A stretch of 64,000 nt of DNA from Candidatus Omnitrophota bacterium (GCA_003598025.1 QZKH01000002.1:138133-202132), one strand, 5' to 3'; positions 1 to 9,402 are shown, counted from the stretch's first letter. Program-made: numbers and translations. Notes: generated from the letters alone by a model not told the origin.

Positions 1-2
1 GG

Positions 3-503
3 ACCAGTACTTTCTTGTTGGCAAAAGTCAGCAATCATGATCTTAACATAAGAAGCGCCTTGCTCCATGAAATAGGGGATATGATTTCGAGTGTCGCGGT
101 AGTAGCTGCGGGCATCATTATTTTTTACACCGGTAATTATATAGTCGATCCCATTCTTTCTTTATTTATATGTCTTTTAATCATAATCTGGGCGGTTAAG
201 CTGCTTATCGATTCGGGCAATATTCTCTTAGAATCGGCTCCCAAGCATTTGGATATAGACGCGGTAATCGCTGCTTTAAAATCGGAGATAAAGGGAGTCT
301 ATGAAGTCCACCATGTACATGCCTGGACAATTTCATCTTCTATGTATGCCCTTACGGCTCATGTGGTTATTGAAGATTGTAGTATCAGCCAGGCCAATGA
401 ATTACTTAAGCATATTAATAATTTGGTGAAGGAAAAATTTCATATAAGCCATACAAATATTCAATTCGAATGTTTAATCAAAAAGGAGGCCCATCATGGA
501 TAG
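3..503 (+). CDS. Cation diffusion facilitator (CzcD/ZitB-like) transporter, 5'-truncated by window
   Basis: Frame open from window edge; [12 protein letters not shown] TM5 motif, VDPILS, C-terminal VHHVHAW...HxxIQFE dimerisation domain. Confidence 0.85.
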   Translation, partial: TSTFLLAKVSNHDLNIRSALLHEIGDMISSVAVVAAGIIIFYTGNYIVDPILSLFICLLIIIWAVKLLIDSGNILLESAPKHLDIDAVIAALKSEIKGVYEVHHVHAWTISSSMYALTAHVVIEDCSISQANELLKHINNLVKEKFHISHTNIQFECLIKKEAHHG

Positions 504-654
504 ATATAAGTGTACGGTTTGCGGCTATATTTATGATCCGGCAAAAGGCGACCCTGATAACGGGCAACCTGCCGGGACAAAATTTCAGGACCTGCCTGAT
601 TCTTGGGTCTGCCCGGAATGCGGGGTAGGCAAAGATATGTTTGAGAAAATATAA
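496..654 (+). CDS. Rubredoxin (52 aa, not in ORF track)
   Basis: Manual translation [52 protein letters not shown]; two CxxCG knuckles; AAGGAGG RBS. Confidence 0.95.
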   Translation: MDRYKCTVCGYIYDPAKGDPDNGQPAGTKFQDLPDSWVCPECGVGKDMFEKI

Positions 655-663
655 GGGATAGAT

Positions 664-1161
664 ATGCATCTCCAGGAAAGAAATGGCAAGCTTATAATTA
701 CTGATTTTAGTGAACCTGAAGCCTACAAAATCGCCTTAAAGATAGAGCAGGATGGCAAAGATTTCTACAAAAAGTTATTAGAAAAAGGCTTCTCCGAAGA
801 TATAGATAGTTCTTTAAATTTTCTGGTCGGCGAAGAGGCCAAGCATTTAAAAATATTTGAAGAAGCCTTGTTTAGCTTCAGGCAGGGGCACGAAGATAAT
901 TCCGATGAGAATGACCTTCTGACCAGTGTTGATTACGGCATATTCCAGCCGTATGCAAGCATAAAAGAATTAAATCAGATTATAACTGAACCAAAAAAGG
1001 CATTTGAGCTCGGGCTTTTAATTGAAAATAATTCAATACGGTTTTATAATGCGGTAAAAGCCCATATTGGCTCTCCAGGTACAAAGGATACTTTAGCGTT
1101 AATTATAAAAGAAGAAGAAAGGCATAAAGAGCTTTTGGAAAAAATGATAAACAAGATGTAG
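664..1161 (+). CDS. Ferritin-like / rubrerythrin diiron domain protein
   Basis: Duplicated E..G..FY / EExxH motifs (EEAKH, EEERH). Confidence 0.8.
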   Translation: MHLQERNGKLIITDFSEPEAYKIALKIEQDGKDFYKKLLEKGFSEDIDSSLNFLVGEEAKHLKIFEEALFSFRQGHEDNSDENDLLTSVDYGIFQPYASIKELNQIITEPKKAFELGLLIENNSIRFYNAVKAHIGSPGTKDTLALIIKEEERHKELLEKMINKM

Positions 1162-1163
1162 AA

Positions 1164-1958
1164 ATGATAAATGCGGTTAAAAACCCAACCGAATTATCCC
1201 CCGAACAGATATTTGGCCAGTATAAAAATAAGATATACAGGCTTGCGCTTAGCATATCAAGAAACCCTCAGGATGCGCAGGACATTTTACAGAACACTTT
1301 CATCAAAATCATCGAAAAATTAGCAACTTTCAAGAATAGGTCCCGGCTTTCTACCTGGATATATAGGGTAGCATATAATGAAGGCCTTATGTTCATAAGG
1401 AGCAGGAAAAGGCGGTACGGAATAGCCAAAGATTCATTTTTCAAAGAATTTCCGGCAAGGCCGCTTTACATAGATTGGTCAAAATCATCATTGCGTCATT
1501 TATTAAACAGGGAGCTTAAAGATAAGATCGATGATATAGTCGAAAGTTTACCGATAAAATACCGGCTAGCGTTCCTTTTGCATGACATTGAAGATATCCC
1601 CATAAAGGATGCAGCTTTCATATTAGGGTTAAAAGGCAATTCTTTTAAGACAAGGTTGCATAGGGCGCATCTCCTGATAAGGGCAGGCATTACCGATTAT
1701 CTTAAATCCCGCGACGTAAATAAACAAAGAGCGGTCAAAAAATGTGATAGAGCCATTGATTTTATATATGGCTACATAGAAGGCAGGATTGAACCCGGGT
1801 TGAGTAATAAATTCCAGAAACATATCGCCAGTTGTCCGGCCTGTGAAAAATTCCTTTTGACTTATAAAAAAGCCTTACTTATAACTCACGCATTACAATG
1901 TAAGGACTTGCCTAAAGAACTGCTTACCGCAATGCAGGATTTTCTAGCAAAAAAATGA
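1164..1958 (+). CDS. ECF sigma-70 factor fused to C-terminal zf-HC2 (ZAS) anti-sigma-like domain
   Basis: Region 2 (DAQDILQNTF, STWIYRVAYN), region 4 (KTRLHRA), then HIASCPAC = HxxxCxxC. Confidence 0.85.
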   Translation: MINAVKNPTELSPEQIFGQYKNKIYRLALSISRNPQDAQDILQNTFIKIIEKLATFKNRSRLSTWIYRVAYNEGLMFIRSRKRRYGIAKDSFFKEFPARPLYIDWSKSSLRHLLNRELKDKIDDIVESLPIKYRLAFLLHDIEDIPIKDAAFILGLKGNSFKTRLHRAHLLIRAGITDYLKSRDVNKQRAVKKCDRAIDFIYGYIEGRIEPGLSNKFQKHIASCPACEKFLLTYKKALLITHALQCKDLPKELLTAMQDFLAKK

Positions 1959-1983
1959 AACTTTATATATTTCCGGGCATCTA
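1956..1983 (+). promoter_or_regulatory. Putative ECF-sigma promoter TGAAAC-N16-CATCTA upstream of rhodanese gene
   Basis: Matches the TGAAAC/CRT(C) ECF promoter pattern with 16-nt spacer, directly after the ECF gene. Confidence 0.6.
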
Positions 1984-2010
1984 AATTAAAAGAAGAAAAG
2001 GAGGAGTATA

Positions 2011-2382
2011 ATGGTAAGAAAGATAACCAGAGATGAATTAAAAGGTATGATTGAATCAGGTGTGCGGTTTAAATTGGTAGATGTCCTGGTTAAAGAACAC
2101 TTTGATGACGAGCATATAAAAGGAGCTATCTCCTTGCCTTTAAATGAATTAGAGCAAAAAGCCAGCAAATTGCTTAAAAGAGATGATTTGATTGTGGTTT
2201 ACTGTGCCAGTTTTGAATGCCAGGCAAGCACTAAGGCTGCGGAAAAGTTGATGTCAATGGGTTATAAGAATGTTTTAGACTATAAAGGAGGGCTCAAGGA
2301 TTATAAAGAAGGCGGGATGCCCTTGGAGGGCCAAAGGTTTAAAAGAGAAGGGCAATCTTGCCAAGCATGTTCTGCATGTTGA
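2011..2382 (+). CDS. Rhodanese-like domain protein with Cys-rich tail (CQACSAC)
   Basis: LVDV...HIKGAISLP, VVYCAS active loop, DYKGGL; strong RBS. Confidence 0.85.
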   Translation: MVRKITRDELKGMIESGVRFKLVDVLVKEHFDDEHIKGAISLPLNELEQKASKLLKRDDLIVVYCASFECQASTKAAEKLMSMGYKNVLDYKGGLKDYKEGGMPLEGQRFKREGQSCQACSAC

Positions 2383-2406
2383 AGCTGTTTATTAAGGAGG
2401 TGGCAT

Positions 2407-2547
2407 ATGATGACAAGAAAAGATGGTTGTATGGTGTGCGGCTTTCAAGAGATTGATATTGGTTGCGGGTGTTTATATGCTCCCGTACTATGTTGTACCA
2501 GCAGGGCAAAAAGGAAAATAGCCCATAGAAAGAACAGACGTTCTTAA
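2407..2547 (+). CDS. Small Cys-rich basic protein (46 aa, not in ORF track)
   Basis: AAGGAGGTGG RBS; MMTRKDGCMVCGFQEIDIGCGCLYAPVLCCTSRAKRKIAHRKNRRS. Confidence 0.5.
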   Translation: MMTRKDGCMVCGFQEIDIGCGCLYAPVLCCTSRAKRKIAHRKNRRS

Positions 2548-2551
2548 AGAA

Positions 2552-2581
2552 TTGCTTTTATTGTTTGAGAAGTGGTATAAT
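2552..2581 (+). promoter_or_regulatory. Sigma-70 promoter TTGCTT-N18-TATAAT with extended -10 TG
   Basis: TGGTATAAT at 2573-2581. Confidence 0.6.
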
Positions 2582-2620
2582 AAAGGCGCTTGCAGATAAA
2601 AGCTAAGGAGGAGGTGGTTT

Positions 2621-2671
2621 ATGAGTTGCGGTAAATGTAAACCCAGAAAGAAAGCTAAGAAGAAGAAATAA
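2621..2671 (+). CDS. 16-aa micro-ORF MSCGKCKPRKKAKKKK
   Basis: AAGGAGGAGGTGG RBS, upstream promoter, downstream hairpin 2689-2713. Confidence 0.5.
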   Translation: MSCGKCKPRKKAKKKK

Positions 2672-2731
2672 GAAGAGAAGGATATTTTGAGGAGGCAGAA
2701 TGCGTGTCTCCTCCGGAATAATAATAAAAAA

Positions 2732-3586
2732 ATGGCTAAAAAAATCACTATTAAAGGAAATACTTTTAATCTTGTTGGCAGGGCAATAAAAATAGGTGAC
2801 CCTGCCCCTTTTTTTAGGGTTACTTCCCAGGACCTCAATGAAGTAAACCTATCAGGCTTTAATGACAAAATAAAAGTTGTAACTTTCTTCCCTTCCCTTG
2901 ACACGCCGGTATGCGATTTACAGGTAAAAGAGTTTAATAAACAGGCATTAAATCTATCCGGTGATATAATTATTTTAGCAATAAGCAAGGATCTGCCTTT
3001 TGCGCAGAAAAGATTTTGCTCATCAAATGATATCAATAATATCCAGGTCCTCTCCGACTACAGATTTTCCTCTTTCGGGATAAATTATGGGGTTTTGATT
3101 AAAGAGCTTAATCTGCTAGCCAGGGGAGTGGCAATAATAGACAAAACTGATATTTTACGTTATTTCCAGCTGACGGAAGAGCTTACCAGTGCGGTAAATT
3201 TTAATGATGCGCTCGGGTCTTTAAAAGAAGTTCTGGCAAGTCCGCAATCGCCAGCTAAAGGAAACGTCCTGAAAAATAAATGTGTACCCTGCGAAGTCGG
3301 AGGCCAGTCTTTGCCCCTTGCTAAAGTTAATGAGTTGTTATCTCAGATAAAAGGATGGCAGCTTTTAGAGGATAAAAAAATCGTTAAAGAATTTAAGTTC
3401 AATGATTTTATTGAGTCTAAATATTTTCTGGATTTAGTAGCCGTACTTGCAGAAGACCAGGGCCACCATCCGAACATGAGCCTTAATTACAACAGGCTTA
3501 AGATAAGCCTTACTACACATGCGGCAGGCGGTTTGACTGATAATGATTTCATTATGGCTAACCTCATCGATGGGCTAAATGCATAA
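2732..3586 (+). CDS. tpx: Thiol peroxidase (Tpx) fused to pterin-4a-carbinolamine dehydratase (PCD) domain
   Basis: PSLDTPVC, ISKDLPFAQKRFC Tpx motifs; C-terminal KCVPCE...GHHP...LTTHAAGGLTDNDFIMA PCD motifs; start reassigned to MAKKIT. Confidence 0.85.
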   Translation: MAKKITIKGNTFNLVGRAIKIGDPAPFFRVTSQDLNEVNLSGFNDKIKVVTFFPSLDTPVCDLQVKEFNKQALNLSGDIIILAISKDLPFAQKRFCSSNDINNIQVLSDYRFSSFGINYGVLIKELNLLARGVAIIDKTDILRYFQLTEELTSAVNFNDALGSLKEVLASPQSPAKGNVLKNKCVPCEVGGQSLPLAKVNELLSQIKGWQLLEDKKIVKEFKFNDFIESKYFLDLVAVLAEDQGHHPNMSLNYNRLKISLTTHAAGGLTDNDFIMANLIDGLNA

Positions 3587-3607
3587 TACCATTTAAAAAG
3601 GAGGGAA

Positions 3608-4006
3608 GTGATGGCTGAATTTAAGGATTTACTGCAGACAGCAGATTGGAAAAAAGAGAAGCATGTTCCCGTTATCGAAGCTCAGGATAAAGTAAAAAAA
3701 GGCGAAAGCCTTAAGATTTCCGTAAGCGTAGGCAAGGAGATAGCCCATCCCAATACTACCGAGCACCACATAGCCTGGATAAAAGTATATTTTCTCCCTG
3801 AGGGGGAGAAGTTCCCTTACCAGATAGGAGAATGCTATTTTTCCACACATGGCGAATCCATCCAGGGCCCGAATACAAGTACAGTCTATAGTAATCCCGA
3901 AGCAACCATTGTTATGAAGACAGATAAATCCGGGTTGATCTATACGATATCGTACTGCAATATCCACGGGCTGTGGCAGAATAGTAAACAATTGATTGTT
4001 GGATAG
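3608..4006 (+). CDS. Superoxide reductase (neelaredoxin-type, 1Fe-SOR)
   Basis: EKHVP, HPNTTEHHI, YCNIHGLW motifs. Confidence 0.9.
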   Translation: MMAEFKDLLQTADWKKEKHVPVIEAQDKVKKGESLKISVSVGKEIAHPNTTEHHIAWIKVYFLPEGEKFPYQIGECYFSTHGESIQGPNTSTVYSNPEATIVMKTDKSGLIYTISYCNIHGLWQNSKQLIVG

Positions 4007-4045
4007 GATTGCGATTAAATATAATCTGCAGAATATTGGTACCCA

Positions 4046-5731
4046 ATGAAAGCATTTAATAAAAACATAGAGGATAAAGATTTTTCCATTTTGATCGGCG
4101 GTAAGGCCGGAGATGGCATAGACAAGGCCGGGCTTATAATCGCTAAAATAATCAACAGGCTGGGGCTGTATGTTTATATCTATAGGGATTATCCCTCTAT
4201 TATAAGAGGGGGGCATACTTTCTCTATAATAAGAGCGTCAGCTAAAAGGATCTCCTGCCATAAGGATAATATTGATGTGCTTCTTGCCATAAACCAGGAG
4301 ACATTCGATTTGCATAAGGAAAGATTAAACGGGGATGGCATAGTTATTTATAATTCAGACAATGTAAAGACCGCTTCTGCCGGTATGTATGGGTTTAACC
4401 TTGATGAAGTTGTCAAAAAAGAAAATGGCGAGCCTATAATGCGCAATACATGCATGTTAGGGATTTTGTGCAAGGCTTTAAGTATAAGTAAGGAGCTTCT
4501 GGAGGGGGTGTTGCAGGAGGAATTTTCAGGTAAAGGAGATATTAACCTAAAAATTGCTCTTAAAGGATATGAATTAGCTGAAGAACTGACCGGAATAAAG
4601 ACAGATAAAAATGAAACACTCCCCGTTTTAACTGGCAATGAGGCCATTGGAATGGGCTTGATAAGGGGAGGGCTTGATGCTTATTTAGCTTATCCGATGA
4701 CGCCGTCTTCAGGTATATTACATTTTCTCGCAGCAAAATCCGGAGATTTCTCTCTGGATGTCATGCATCCGGAAAGTGAAATATCCGTTATGCTTATGGC
4801 TTGCGGTTTTGCGTATGCAGGTAAAAAAGTTGCGGTAGGCACTTCTGGGGGGGGATTTTGTTTGATGACTGAAGGCTTAAGCTTCAGCGGTATAGCTGAG
4901 CTGCCTGTAGTGGTTATTCTCGGCCAAAGGACCGGCCCGAGCACTGGCCTGCCTACTTATACGGGGCAAACGGAAGTACATTTTGCAATCAATGCAGGGC
5001 ACGGTGAGTTTCCAAGAGTGGTATTGGCTCCTGGAGATACAGAGGAGGCATTTTACTGGTCAGCATTAGCCTTGAATTTGGCATGGGAATTTCAGATACC
5101 GGCTATTGTTCTTTCCGATAAGATGCTTAGCGAAAGCAGTTATAACTTCGATATAAATCTTATACCTAAGGTAAACGAGTATGAACCGGTATTGTGGGAT
5201 AGAAACGGAGAATACAAAAGGTATTTTAATTCAGATAATCCTGTATCTGGCTTAAGTTTTCCGGGCCAGAAAGGCGCGGTTATAAAAGTTAATAGCTATG
5301 AGCATGATGAATATGGCATTACTACGGAGAAGGCAGATATCACAGAGTCGATGCAAAAGAAACGCCAGTCCAAAGAAAGCCTCATAGCGAAAAAATTGTC
5401 TACCTATGAAACCATAGGTGTATATGGGGATAAGGGTTCAGATACCGTCTTGTTATGCTGGGGATCAAATAAGGGTGTCTGTAAAGAGTTGGCTGAAGAA
5501 TTGCATTTAAGGATGATACATCCTAAAGTGCTTTGGCCTTTTCCTGCAGAAGAGTTTACGGCTTCTATAAGAGGGGCAAAAAAAATGATATGCGTAGAGA
5601 ACAATATCACATCCCAGTTAAGCAGGCTTATAGAGACTTTTGGCAGAAAACCAGACGTAAAGATTTTAAGATATGACGGCAGGCCTTTTAGCCTCGACGG
5701 GCTTAGGAAGGAATTAAAGAAGGTTATTTAG
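4046..5731 (+). CDS. korA: 2-oxoacid:ferredoxin oxidoreductase alpha subunit (gamma-alpha fusion)
   Basis: YPSIIRGGH, YPMTPSS, TSGGGF, QRTGPSTGLPT motifs. Confidence 0.9.
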   Translation: MKAFNKNIEDKDFSILIGGKAGDGIDKAGLIIAKIINRLGLYVYIYRDYPSIIRGGHTFSIIRASAKRISCHKDNIDVLLAINQETFDLHKERLNGDGIVIYNSDNVKTASAGMYGFNLDEVVKKENGEPIMRNTCMLGILCKALSISKELLEGVLQEEFSGKGDINLKIALKGYELAEELTGIKTDKNETLPVLTGNEAIGMGLIRGGLDAYLAYPMTPSSGILHFLAAKSGDFSLDVMHPESEISVMLMACGFAYAGKKVAVGTSGGGFCLMTEGLSFSGIAELPVVVILGQRTGPSTGLPTYTGQTEVHFAINAGHGEFPRVVLAPGDTEEAFYWSALALNLAWEFQIPAIVLSDKMLSESSYNFDINLIPKVNEYEPVLWDRNGEYKRYFNSDNPVSGLSFPGQKGAVIKVNSYEHDEYGITTEKADITESMQKKRQSKESLIAKKLSTYETIGVYGDKGSDTVLLCWGSNKGVCKELAEELHLRMIHPKVLWPFPAEEFTASIRGAKKMICVENNITSQLSRLIETFGRKPDVKILRYDGRPFSLDGLRKELKKVI

Positions 5732-5740
5732 AAAGAGGAT

Positions 5741-6589
5741 ATGGACCCCAAAATACTTAATACTTATGCTCAAAATACCTGGTGCCCGGGCTGCGGTAAT
5801 TTTGCTATCCTAAACAGCATAAAATATGTGATTTCTTCTCTTGTCGATGAAGGGCATACTCTGGAAAATTTTGTCCTGGTATCGGGCATAGGCTGTCATG
5901 CCAAGATAGTAGATTATATTAATGTGAATAGTTTTTATTCCCTGCATGGCAGGGCTGTACCTCCGGCTGAAGGCATCAAGATTGCAAACGATAAGTTAAA
6001 GGTAATAGTTTTTTCCGGTGACGGCGATTCGTACGGAGAAGGAATAGAGCATTTAATATTTGCGGCTAAAAGAAATATAGACATAACGGTCATCGTCCAT
6101 AACAACAGGGTTTACGGTCTGACTACGGGTCAATTCACCCCTACTTCCCCGCTTGGATACAGAGGGCGTTCTACTCCGCAGGGCACAAAAGAGCTTCCTT
6201 TAAATCCATTGGAGGTGATGCTTGCTTCCGGAGCGACATTTATTTCCCGCGGCACTTCCCACGGCTTGGAGTTATTAAAAAAACTGTTCAAAGAAGCCAT
6301 ATTACATAAAGGTTTTTCTATTGTTGATGTTTTACAAGTCTGTGTTACCTACTATAATATGTACGAGTATTATGATAAGAAAACATATGAATTGAGCCAG
6401 CACGATTACTCTGACTACGCAAGTGCATTAAACAAAATCAGGGAATGGGATTATAACCGCGATGCGAGCATACCATTAGGGGTGTTTTACAAAAAAGATA
6501 TTCCCGACGGTGCCTTACCCGTCAAAAAAGGTGCGGATAAATCTCAGCGGCAGGATAACCTCAGAGGCCTGCTTAAAGAATATATCTGA
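5741..6589 (+). CDS. korB: 2-oxoacid:ferredoxin oxidoreductase beta subunit
   Basis: TWCPGCG, SGIGC, GDGD TPP motif, NNRVYGLTTGQ. Confidence 0.9.
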   Translation: MDPKILNTYAQNTWCPGCGNFAILNSIKYVISSLVDEGHTLENFVLVSGIGCHAKIVDYINVNSFYSLHGRAVPPAEGIKIANDKLKVIVFSGDGDSYGEGIEHLIFAAKRNIDITVIVHNNRVYGLTTGQFTPTSPLGYRGRSTPQGTKELPLNPLEVMLASGATFISRGTSHGLELLKKLFKEAILHKGFSIVDVLQVCVTYYNMYEYYDKKTYELSQHDYSDYASALNKIREWDYNRDASIPLGVFYKKDIPDGALPVKKGADKSQRQDNLRGLLKEYI

Positions 6590-6596
6590 TACAGCT

Positions 6597-7058
6597 ATGG
6601 CCAAAATCACAGATTCTATAAAAAATTTCTTCGAGAACCAGAATTTTGTGATTATTTCGACAATCGATAAAAACGGGACTTTACATAATTCCTGTAAGGG
6701 TATCATTGAAATAAGAGAGCACAGCAAAGTCTATCTTCTGGACCTTTATAAGGCCAGGACTATGGTTAATCTTAAGAATAATCCTAATATAGCCATTACG
6801 GCTGTTGACGAACATAAATTTAAAGGTTACTCTATTAAGGGCCAGGCAAGGATAATAAACATGCAGGATTGCCAGCCGCATGTTGTAAAGGCCTGGGAAG
6901 CCAAGTTAGCTTCAAGGATAAGCCAAAGAGTGATAAAAAACATGCTCAGCAAGAAAGAGCACCCCTTGCATCCGGAAGCGCTGCTTCCTAAACCGGAGTA
7001 TGTCATTGAGGTGGTTATACACGATGTTATAGATCTTACGCCACACAACCTAAAATAG
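6597..7058 (+). CDS. Pyridoxamine 5'-phosphate oxidase-family FMN-binding protein
   Basis: ISTIDKNG, RTMVNLKNNPNIAI, GYSIKG; start reassigned to MAKITD. Confidence 0.7.
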   Translation: MAKITDSIKNFFENQNFVIISTIDKNGTLHNSCKGIIEIREHSKVYLLDLYKARTMVNLKNNPNIAITAVDEHKFKGYSIKGQARIINMQDCQPHVVKAWEAKLASRISQRVIKNMLSKKEHPLHPEALLPKPEYVIEVVIHDVIDLTPHNLK

Positions 7059-7068
7059 AGGAGAGAAC

Positions 7069-7554
7069 ATGGGTATATATGCAGGAAGCGAAGTAATTGA
7101 AATGGGTATACAGATAGAGAGGAACGGAAGGGATTTTTATGCAGGTTTAGCCAATAAGTCCAAAAATTTGTCTGCTAAGGAGATCTTTAAATACCTTGCA
7201 GAGCAGGAAGAACAGCACATTGAGGTATTTAAAAAACTTTTAGCTTCTACTACGAAATTGGAGCCTGTGCCTATTTATGCGCAGGAATATATTGATTATA
7301 TGAAATTACTGGCTTCCCAGTATGTCTTTACCGAGAATAACACGGGTATGTCTTTAGCTAAAGGAATAAATAGCGATACAGAGGCAGTTGACCTCGGCAT
7401 TGGTTTTGAAAAAGATTCAATCCTGTTATATGAAGCTTTGAAAAAAGCCGTCACTAGCAAGGATTTAGACATTATTGATGCGTTAATTTCGCAGGAGCAG
7501 GAGCACCTCAAGACCCTTATCAGCCTTAAAGATAAGTTAAAGAAAGGAGCGTAA
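7069..7554 (+). CDS. Ferritin-like / rubrerythrin family protein
   Basis: IERNGRDFY, EQEEQH, FEKDSILLY, QEQEH. Confidence 0.85.
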   Translation: MGIYAGSEVIEMGIQIERNGRDFYAGLANKSKNLSAKEIFKYLAEQEEQHIEVFKKLLASTTKLEPVPIYAQEYIDYMKLLASQYVFTENNTGMSLAKGINSDTEAVDLGIGFEKDSILLYEALKKAVTSKDLDIIDALISQEQEHLKTLISLKDKLKKGA

Positions 7555-7556
7555 TA

Positions 7557-7793
7557 ATGAGTAAACACGTTACGGTTTATAGCACTCCTACCTGCCCGTA
7601 TTGCATAAGGGCAAAACAGTTTCTCAAAGACAATAATATAGACTTCCAGAATATAGATGTGTCGAGTGACCAGCAGGCGGCTGAAGAGATGGTGCAGAAA
7701 TCAGGCCAGATGGGCGTCCCTGTCTTGGACATAGAAGGCGAAATTATAGTCGGATTTGACAAAGAAAAGATAAAACAATCCCTGGGTATTTAA
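7557..7793 (+). CDS. Glutaredoxin/NrdH-like redoxin
   Basis: YSTPTCPYC, SGQMGVPV, IVGFD. Confidence 0.9.
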   Translation: MSKHVTVYSTPTCPYCIRAKQFLKDNNIDFQNIDVSSDQQAAEEMVQKSGQMGVPVLDIEGEIIVGFDKEKIKQSLGI

Positions 7794-7794
7794 T

Positions 7795-8703
7795 ATGCTT
7801 TATGATGTTATAATAATCGGGGCAGGTCCCGCAGGCATAACTGCAAGCGTGTATTCCGCACGTAAGAAAATAAGCACATTGGTAATAAGCAAGGATATCG
7901 GGGGGCAGGCAGCATGGAGCGGCGATGTGGAGAATTATACTGGCTACCAATTTGTTACCGGCCCGGAATTAGCTGCCAAGTTTGAAGAGCATATGCGTAA
8001 ATATGATATAGCCCTTGAAGAGGGCCAGGAGGCAATAGAGATAGGCAAAGAAGGCAACCTAGTTTTTGTAAAGACCCAAAAAGAAACCTATAAAGCAAAA
8101 AGTGCGATCATTGCTTCCGGTAAGAGGTCAAGGGAATTAGGCGTCCCGGGAGAAAAAGAATACAAGAATAAAGGGCTTACTTATTGCGCTACATGTGACG
8201 GCCCGCTATTTGCGGGTAAAGATGTGGCAGTTATAGGCGGAGGGAATTCCGCTATGGATGCCGTTTTGCAGCTGATGAATATAGCCAGGCGTGTCCACAT
8301 TATAAATATCGCGCCTTCTTTAAGCGGCGACGCTATAATGAAACAGAAAGTAGAGAGCGCTAATAACGTGACTATCTTAAATGATAGCCAGGTGCTTGAA
8401 GTGTTAGGGGAAAACCTGGTCAAGTCTATTACAGTTAAGAGCGGTAGTAATAAGAAAAACATCCCGGTGGAAGGGATTTTTGTAGAAATCGGGCTCATAC
8501 CTAATTCTGATTTTGCAAAAACGGTCGAAAAAAACAAAAATGGGGAAATAAAAATAAATTGTTTTAATGAGACAAACCTCCCAGGTATATTTGCTGCAGG
8601 CGATGTAACTGATGTGCCTGAAAAACAAATAATAATCGCAGCAGGGGAAGGTTCTAAGGCAGCGCTCGGGGTCTTTAAATATCTGTCCCAGCATGAATTT
8701 TAA
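7795..8703 (+). CDS. trxB: Thioredoxin-disulfide reductase (TrxB/AhpF-C-like)
   Basis: GAGPAG, YCATCDG, GGGNSA, GIFAAGDVT. Confidence 0.9.
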   Translation: MLYDVIIIGAGPAGITASVYSARKKISTLVISKDIGGQAAWSGDVENYTGYQFVTGPELAAKFEEHMRKYDIALEEGQEAIEIGKEGNLVFVKTQKETYKAKSAIIASGKRSRELGVPGEKEYKNKGLTYCATCDGPLFAGKDVAVIGGGNSAMDAVLQLMNIARRVHIINIAPSLSGDAIMKQKVESANNVTILNDSQVLEVLGENLVKSITVKSGSNKKNIPVEGIFVEIGLIPNSDFAKTVEKNKNGEIKINCFNETNLPGIFAAGDVTDVPEKQIIIAAGEGSKAALGVFKYLSQHEF

Positions 8704-8742
8704 ATTTCTACGCATTAATTCCGCATGTATTTAGTATAAACA

Positions 8743-9138
8743 ATGGCAAGAAAAAGCAAAACAAGGTTTAATGAGCTTAAAGAGTTATTTAAGACCCTTC
8801 ATGGGCCTAAAGGGTGCCTCTGGGATAAAAAACAGACTCATAAATCACTTATCCCTTATCTGAAAGAAGAAACGGCGGAGTTTATCGCAGCATTAAGGAG
8901 CAATAAGCCTCAGTGCATAAAAGAAGAACTGGGTGATATTTTATTACAAGTCATGTTTCATTCACAGATTGCTTCTAAAGAGGGATGGTTTGATATTGAA
9001 GACGTAGTCGCTTCATTGATAAGTAAGCTGAAAAGAAGGCACCCCCATGTGTTTTCAGGTGTTAAAGTCAAGTCAACGCACCAGATTATAAGAAACTGGA
9101 ATAAGATAAAGATACTGGAAAAGTCGGGCAGGTTTTAG
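8743..9138 (+). CDS. mazG: Single-domain MazG nucleotide pyrophosphohydrolase
   Basis: GCLWDKKQTH, EELGDILLQV, KLKRRHPHVF. Confidence 0.85.
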   Translation: MARKSKTRFNELKELFKTLHGPKGCLWDKKQTHKSLIPYLKEETAEFIAALRSNKPQCIKEELGDILLQVMFHSQIASKEGWFDIEDVVASLISKLKRRHPHVFSGVKVKSTHQIIRNWNKIKILEKSGRF

Positions 9139-9151
9139 TACGCGAGAATTA

Positions 9152-9180
9152 TTGACAACATATAAATAAGGTGCTTAAAT
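9152..9180 (+). promoter_or_regulatory. Sigma-70 promoter for TPP riboswitch/thi operon
   Basis: TTGACA at 9152, TTAAAT 17 nt downstream. Confidence 0.5.
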
Positions 9181-9186
9181 AAAATA

Positions 9187-9402
9187 TGCGGGGAGGTCGT
9201 TAAACGGCCTGAGAGTTCTGTCAAATAAACAGATTACCCGATGAACCTGAATCGCCTGCAATAAACATATTAGGCGATTTCTCTGAAGCTCCGTTAAGAT
9301 CAGTTATATGTGAGCGAAGGGGAACTGGATAATGCCAGCGTTCCGAAGTTACGCTATGCGTAAGCCGGAACGTCCCGAATGTAACATCGGGACGTAGGGA
9401 TA
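9187..9402 (+). ncRNA. TPP riboswitch aptamer interrupted by two twin-hairpin insertions (9251-9324, 9340-9393)
   Basis: GGGG..CTGAGA..ACCCG.TGAACCTGA[ins]CTGGATAATGCCAGC[ins]GTAGGGA; upstream of thiSGHF. Confidence 0.9.
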
